From Gekko japonicus (lineage: Eukaryota): a DNA stretch of 64,000 nucleotides. Location of the stretch: contig NW_015173680.1 in NCBI RefSeq assembly GCF_001447785.1, positions 774,557 through 838,556 on the forward strand, written 5' to 3'. The notes beneath the pieces were generated by a model that saw nothing but the letters and a program-made list of their open reading frames with translations, was not told the origin of the DNA and searched no databases. Each line of letters begins with the position of its first letter. The first letter of the stretch is position 1. Both the position numbers and the translations under genes were made by a program. Of the stretch, positions 58,101 to 64,000 are shown one piece after another.

Positions 58101-59554
58101 ATCCTCCGTGTGAACAGGGCCTGTGAATATCTTTGCCTTTGTTTACTTGCTTGATTTGTAATCTGCCTTCCCCGCTGAGACTCAAGGCAGATTACAAAAT
58201 TTTTAAAAATGCAATAAAACTGGATTACACAATTAGGAAACAAGGTGATAAAAAGTATAATACCTACAAACATAATGCCAAAAAAAAAAGAACTGGGGGG
58301 AAACAGCCACTTCTCCTAGCCTTTCTTGTTCATTGCTTTCCAGATAGAGCTGAAGTCACATCTGGCCTGGAGTATGAGGGCTCCAGTGAGAGTAGCTCCA
58401 GTACTGAACTAGACCCTTATGGACCAGCACTCTTCTGCCTGGAATATGAGGCTGACAGTGGCAAGATCACCTCAGTTGTTGTGCACCAGGTACAGGGCTT
58501 CCTGGCAAGCCGGAGCAAGCCAGAGACTGGAACTCCTTCAAGAGTGCCATGGGAGGGAAGCACAATCTATGTTAGCACTCACAGAGGCCCAACATTTAGC
58601 AAGTGTTGATAAACAGGTTGCATCTCCTCTTCGTCTATTGAAAGCCGGGTGGTGTACATTGTAGAAGAAAGCAGGGATAGTGCTCATCCTGCAAAGAGTA
58701 TGCTGTGGCAGGAGCCAAAATGGATCAAATATATGGCAGAGTGGGGAGAAGCACTTTGTCAGTCTTATCTTCTAAAACCTCGCACAGTGTGGGCATGGAT
58801 ATGAAACTGAGAAAAGACTTCTTTGGGATAGTCAGTGACCATCCTGTTGCCAGTGCCCTCTTTGTACACTGAGCTTGGTTGTTAGGGTCACAGTGTGGTG
58901 AGGGCTTCACCAATAGGTACCTGGGACACTTGTGCAGCCACATTCTGAGTTATCATGGCTTCTCTAGCTGGGAAAAGAATTACATTTTCTCAGTGATAAC
59001 ATATAGTGGGTTGAATGCTGAGGAAATGTGATGTTGTAGAAGTAGAGCTCGAGGGAAAATGTCTGGATCCCACACGACATGTAAGCAACAATTGTACTGA
59101 TGATCCAGATAGGCCCATAGGCCTTCGTTTCCTTCAGTGGTGGAATGGGAGAGAAAATACCAACTCAGCTTCTCCCTCTACTGTCTACCTCCCAACCCTC
59201 CCTTTTCCCCTTTAAGAAAGGGTTACTTAGGAGAATCGTGCATCCAAGCTGTGTGCTAATCTGGGGACTGTCTGATTGGGAAGTGAAAAAAGGGAGGCAG
59301 TATGGGGGGAGGAGGAATCCCTGAGTTTGTTTGTTTAGTAATTTTCCTGGATGTTTCCCATCTGCTGTGTACGGCGGTGTGCCTGTTCTGTAACCATCCT
59401 TTCTCAGTGGGCCCTGTACTTCCTCCTACAGGACAATGACCCAGATGAGGTGGTAGAGAAGATCAGTGCCCAGAACCAACTGGAACCAGCTATGCGTGAG
59501 GCCCTGAAGAAGCGGGTGCAGGAGGAGCTGGAAAAACGACGGGTAAAGCGCTGA
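55140..59554 (+). CDS. C2orf68: UPF0561 protein C2orf68 homolog, 170 aa; exons 55140-55267, 56446-56561, 58344-58489, 59432-59554
   Basis: Reads CRPGGRLDMSHGFVKHIRRNQIAR|DDYDKEMKQAKEKVKKRHTPAPARPKKPDQQVY|...LFCLEYEADSGKITSVVVHQ|DNDP...MREALKKRVQEELEKR. In phase (513 nt). AATAAA at 60389 and 60424. Confidence 0.95.
56644..57184. mobile_element. Non-autonomous PIF/Harbinger-like MITE, copy 1
   Basis: TIR cores GG....GTCACACGG / CCGTGTGAC....CC; 3-bp TSD AAT on both sides; CpG-rich interior. Confidence 0.7.
57299..58121. mobile_element. Non-autonomous PIF/Harbinger-like MITE, copy 2
   Basis: TIRs GGCCCTGGTCACACGG / CCGTGTGAACAGGGCC (15/16 match); flanks TGA/TGT; shares a 26-bp motif with copy 1. 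Confidence 0.75.
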
Positions 59555-61699
59555 GACACAGTGGCGATGTCTGTGTTGTTTGCCTGGCTGGGAAATACTT
59601 TCTACAAAAGGGGCAGTGAACTTGTCCCACAGTGTTTGGCTTGGAGGCTTCAAGAAGGGTCAGGGAGTTAGCTGAATCTTATTACAGGCACCTGCTTCCT
59701 AGTAAGGCAGGCCTTTGTTGTCCGGGCCTGAAAGGAGTGATTGGAAGGAGCTGGGGCTGTGGGAACAGAATGTCAGCCAGAAATGGCCCAAGGACATTTT
59801 GAAAGCTGTTCAGGAAGATGTAGTCTAGCTGAAACCTTATCAGATGGCCTCGTGCAGCCCTGAGGAATGGTATCATGACCAAAGTCCTATATCATGCTAG
59901 CCCAGCATCCTTTATCCCTTCTTGTGAGTTCCCACTCTGCTGGCTTTTGAATCTCTAGATTAGATGAATTCACACCAAGACACGTTTTACATCATCCAGA
60001 GTTAAGCAGTCTATTTGGCTTTACTTTGCCATGACCTGCAGGCAGTTTTACAAACAGACTTCCCCAGACTGAGCCTGGAGGACATTGTTAGGTGAACAAG
60101 ACAAAATTACAAGGCAACAGAGAAGCTTCTGTGGGGCTGTTGATGGCAGTGAGCCTGGTAGTATACATCTGGTCCAGACTGAGATTTGACCCATACATGT
60201 ATATTTCTAGAGTATCCCGTTTCAAAATGCACTGGTTCGAGATCAACATCTCATTAAGACAGTGTAGCTGGCTTCTTTCTAGCATTTTATTGGCATTGGT
60301 AGGCTGTAAAACAGTTGGCTGAACTACTTCTGGCCATCAACTGAATTCTCTTTGGACTAAAAATGCTGTTGTTGCATTGTTGTGCACTAATAAATATTTT
60401 CAGAAATATGCCACATTATTGTAAATAAATGTATGAAGCTATTCCTGTCGTTCAAATCCTTTGCTGCAACTACGAGCCGCATCCTGGGATATGGATGTGT
60501 TCTGAGAGTTTGCCACACCCAAGAAAGGTATACATCTGTTTGTTTTCTATGTCCCCTTATTCCACATATCTAGTATCCATCTTGAAAAACAAATCTCCTT
60601 TGAGACTAGTCTATGATGCAGTTGAAATACTCAGAATCTAATAGGTGAAATTTACTTCCTCAAGAAGAGATTGGTCCAAACATTTTAGCTGTCAACTGAC
60701 TCAGCAGGATTCAGTGTCCAAATGTACTGAAGTCAAGTAAAATAATGAAGTGCTATTTCATTCAGAATGGGTTGGTTGGTTTGTTTTTGGCATTTCTGGC
60801 TTGGGGGGGATCACAGGGAGAAGAAACAGCACTCTAAAGTTGAGAAGAGGCTTAGTGGGTGAGTCCTAGGTTGAATCCCTGAGGGTGTACAGTAAATATT
60901 TCTTTCTTATAACTTGTTTTCCCCCCCCCAACACATTTTATTGCATTACAGAAAACTTAAATGTCATTCACTAATTACTGCACTGCAACAAATCCACACC
61001 CATAGTATAAAAACAAAAGTTAGATCTGTTAATGCTGAAAGCCAGTGGTGTCTCTTTTCAGAGCTTGAAAGATCACATTTGTAGTCTTTGATTTCAGCTA
61101 TGAATGGGGCAATGTTTTGTAGCGGAGGTGGTTTATTGAACACTGGATTTTCAGGAATCTACACAAGTATTCTGAAGTTGCATGAAAAAACTGTCATGCA
61201 AGATCCATCCAACCAAGGATTCTGTGTCTTCTGATGATTGGTCAGATACAAATTTCCAAAATCAAATGACTTAACATTACTCAGATACAGTTTCCAATCC
61301 ATTGTTTTATCAATGAGAATCATATTTTGAGGTATGGCGATAGGCATCTTTTTGATGTGACAGAAATGTGATTGAATAACAAAAGTTACAGAAGAGGAAA
61401 AAGGACTTGGAGCAGAGAGAGTCTTGCTGTGAATCCTGGACTGAAATCTTTCAATGTAATTATCTGTGTAAGGGACTGGGAATGATTGTTTTATTACACA
61501 AAATGTATGATGAGCAATCAGAGGTTCCAGTCTTTTGTGGGGTGCAGATAAAAGTGTAACAAAGTAGGATAAATAACACCCAATCAAGGAAGAAGTAATC
61601 TGAAGCATAAGAAAATCAACATCCGTAAAGGGATATAATATGAGAGACCCAGTTAGGGTTGTTGTTTTTTTTAAGTGAGTCCTGTTGAGCTATTAGAAA

Positions 61700-62020
61700 T
61701 TATAGTGGGTAAGGGAATCCAAGTCTCTGTTTAAGCCAGGATGACAAAGTGTTTAATTTCTTGATGATTTCAAATTCAGCACTTTAACGTTGCATATTCT
61801 CTTCAAAGGGGTTGTGGGTTGTTTTTTTTTTGGGGGGGGGTGTAGAACAGTGACTCAGTTCTGCAACAGTATGTCCAGGAAGATTTAAATGTAAATGTTT
61901 CTGATTGTTGGTTATGTCAGATTTGTGGTAATTTTTCAGTGTAGATGGGAGAATAGCATTGTTGGCACATTAAAGACATACATTAAAGAATAGCATTCTC
62001 GGCACATTAAAGACATACAT
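61700..62020 (-). mobile_element. Degenerate Penelope-like GIY-YIG endonuclease C-terminal fragment
   Basis: Minus strand reads (with frameshifts) HKSDI...NLPGHTVA...AEFEIIKKLNTL...GLNRDLDSLTHY*, typical of PLE ORF ends. Confidence 0.55.
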
Positions 62021-62039
62021 ACCTAAAGAAATAGGGGCG

Positions 62040-62960
62040 GGAGAGGGGGGAACGAGGTGCAGCTTTCCGTTGAGGCAGATAAGGCTGAGCAGCACTCTCG
62101 GCCCTTGCGCACCAGTGCGATTTGTCCCATAGGCGCTATATCATTCCGTCCGGGAGGACTGCCACGAGCGGCTTCGTCTCAAACTGCATCCCGGGTCGCG
62201 TTCCTTGGCTGCACAAAACTACACTTCCCATCTGCCTCCGCGTCTTCCTCTCAGCCCCCCTCCTCCGGTTTTGCAGGCGGGGATGTTCTGGTCACTTGGG
62301 TGGGCGGCTGGGGAAGGGGGGGCGGAGGGGCCGGCCTGGCCTCGCCTGCCTGCCTCTGACGGTCTGCCAGGGCTAGAAGGCGGCGTGCTTCGTCAGGCTC
62401 CAGCTGGGACCGGGTAAAGGAGTCCGCGGGAGACCCGACTGCCCCCGTGTCGCCCCCCTTCGAAAGCGCGGCCGCGCGGAGGGGCCCTTAGCGGCCTAAG
62501 CGCCTTCCCTCCCACGCGCTGAAGCGGCCGCGCACCCGACAAGCCCAGTGCTGAGCCACGGGGACTGGAGAGCGGTCCGTGCCCGAGGGAGGCCTTGGCA
62601 GCTTGAGCGCCCCGCTTGCAGCCCGGCGGGTTGAACTTTGCCCGGGGTGCGTCCAGGCCGGGGGAGGGCGGCGTCTGGGCGCCACTCCGCGCTTTCCACT
62701 CACTGGTTTTGGACTGCAACTTCTGAGATGGAACAGCCTGGCTGCGGGGGGGNNNNNNNNNNNNNNNNNNNNNNCTGAGTTGGGCGAGGCGTGTGGTTTG
62801 CTTTCGCGGGATGTTGGCGTTGAGCCTCGGTGGAGGGAGGAGGGCCGGGCCTGGCGGGCATCTTCGTCTGGAAGCTCTTGGCAAGTCTGCTTTGCCGGCG
62901 AGGGTTAGATCCCCAGAGGGAATCTTGCTGTGCCAAATATGCGGGGAAAGCATCGGTTGG
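62040..62960 (+). promoter_or_regulatory. CpG island, likely promoter and non-coding first exon of the next gene (TMEM150A by human synteny); candidate donor CGG|GTAAAG at 62413/62414
   Basis: Very CpG-rich with GC boxes at ~62035 and ~62320. No coding exon is recognised inside the window, so the identity rests only on recalled gene order. Confidence 0.5.
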
Positions 62961-64000
62961 CTTTGGCTGGGAAGTCTGTTGAAAGTGCAGCAGCTCGGAA
63001 GGGGGAAGGCCTCGGGAAGCTTTCCTTTTTCAAAGCAAACTGAATGGTTGTGATCACGAAGTTCCCATTGTAGGTTTGGGGGTCTGGAGAGCCAGCCAAG
63101 AGGCATATTCTTTGTAGTATAAATACCCTGTTCATGTGCACAGTGATAACAGGAACCATCGTGTCCTGTGAGTGGATGCAGGGAGGGAAGCAGATCAGGG
63201 GGACACCAGCACTGAATCGCAGGGTAGCAGACATTATTTTAGATGAACTGTTGTACAGACAGAGATGAGTAAAAGTTTATTTGTTCCACATTCCAGTCTC
63301 CTGTGGCATCATTATTGGCCAGCAAGCGTTAGAGCTGTAAAAGGTTTGGAGCAGCAAAATATTAAGGACATGCCAGAACAGGAACTGGAAGTAAAACAGA
63401 GAAGCAAATAATGGACTAGTGACAGGCTTCAGGAAAGTTGTTCTTGGAAGGAAGTAGCACAGCAGGGAAAACCCCAAAAGACAAGGGGGTGAGTTGTACC
63501 AAACTGCAAGTGAGGATTGCAAGAAAAATGATAGGCTTCAGTCAGCACTGTTTTTCACTTGGCAAGAGGCATTTAGTATTTTCCACTGATGATGCTGTAG
63601 ATAGGAGAAAAAGTTTTAAGACATACATTGGAAACACAATGCGCACCAAGAACAGCATGTTTATATAAATGATACATTCTTCAGTTACACCTGGCATTAA
63701 AGAGACAATAAATGATAAATCTAAAGCTGTTAGCACACATTTGTGAATTTGGGTTGCTGTGTGACTTGCTTAGTAAAAGATCTCATAGTATGTGGCATAA
63801 AATCTGATTGAAAGACAAATTACTGAGAGAAACTTAGTTCTACAACTAAGAGGATATGGACAGGTGGCTACAAAGCAGTTGCAGAGAGCTGCAGACAGTA
63901 GAAAAGCAAGCAAAAGCTCTAGAGGGCAAAAGTAATATTAAAAAAGACAGTCTCAGAGTAAACTGTAGCGCTAATGAAAGCTCCAAACAGAAATAAGGGC

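Noticed and set aside
56668-58273. Long ORFs in C2orf68 intron 2
   Set aside because: They lie inside GC-rich non-autonomous MITEs and show no transposase motifs.
62393-63106. 237-aa minus-strand ORF
   Set aside because: Spans an N gap in a CpG island; low-complexity composition with no family resemblance.

Overview
This is vertebrate genomic DNA, almost certainly from a squamate reptile and possibly a gecko; the taxon is inferred from a Sauria-type SINE and squamate-type CR1, Penelope and MITE families. It is gene dense and intron rich, with four small N gaps. Gene models built by hand from splice sites and protein recognition are: the last coding exon of FHIP2B/FAM160B2 (+), NUDT18 (-, 3 exons, 317 aa), REEP4 (-, exons 2-8 clean, exon 1 anomalous), SFTPB (+, 11 exons, 389 aa), USP39 (-, 13 exons, 548 aa, one GC-AG intron) and C2orf68 (+, 4 exons, 170 aa). 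A CpG island near the right end probably holds the first exon of the next gene, TMEM150A by synteny. The remainder is transposon debris: L1-clade insertions with TSDs, CR1, L2, Penelope, SINEs, and hAT and Harbinger MITEs. No prokaryotic-type system, CRISPR array or RNA gene is present. The most notable points are: (1) proSP-B keeps a prosaposin-like C-terminal SapA domain that mammalian SP-B lacks; (2) the window joins the human 8p21.3 block (the SFTPC neighbourhood) directly to the 2p11.2 block (SFTPB), with no recognisable HR between NUDT18 and REEP4; (3) REEP4 exon 1 looks eroded and out of phase, while an in-frame hydrophobic extension sits upstream of exon 2; (4) a duplicated REEP4 splice donor could create a stop-containing exon extension. 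All gene and repeat identities come from recognition, not database searches.
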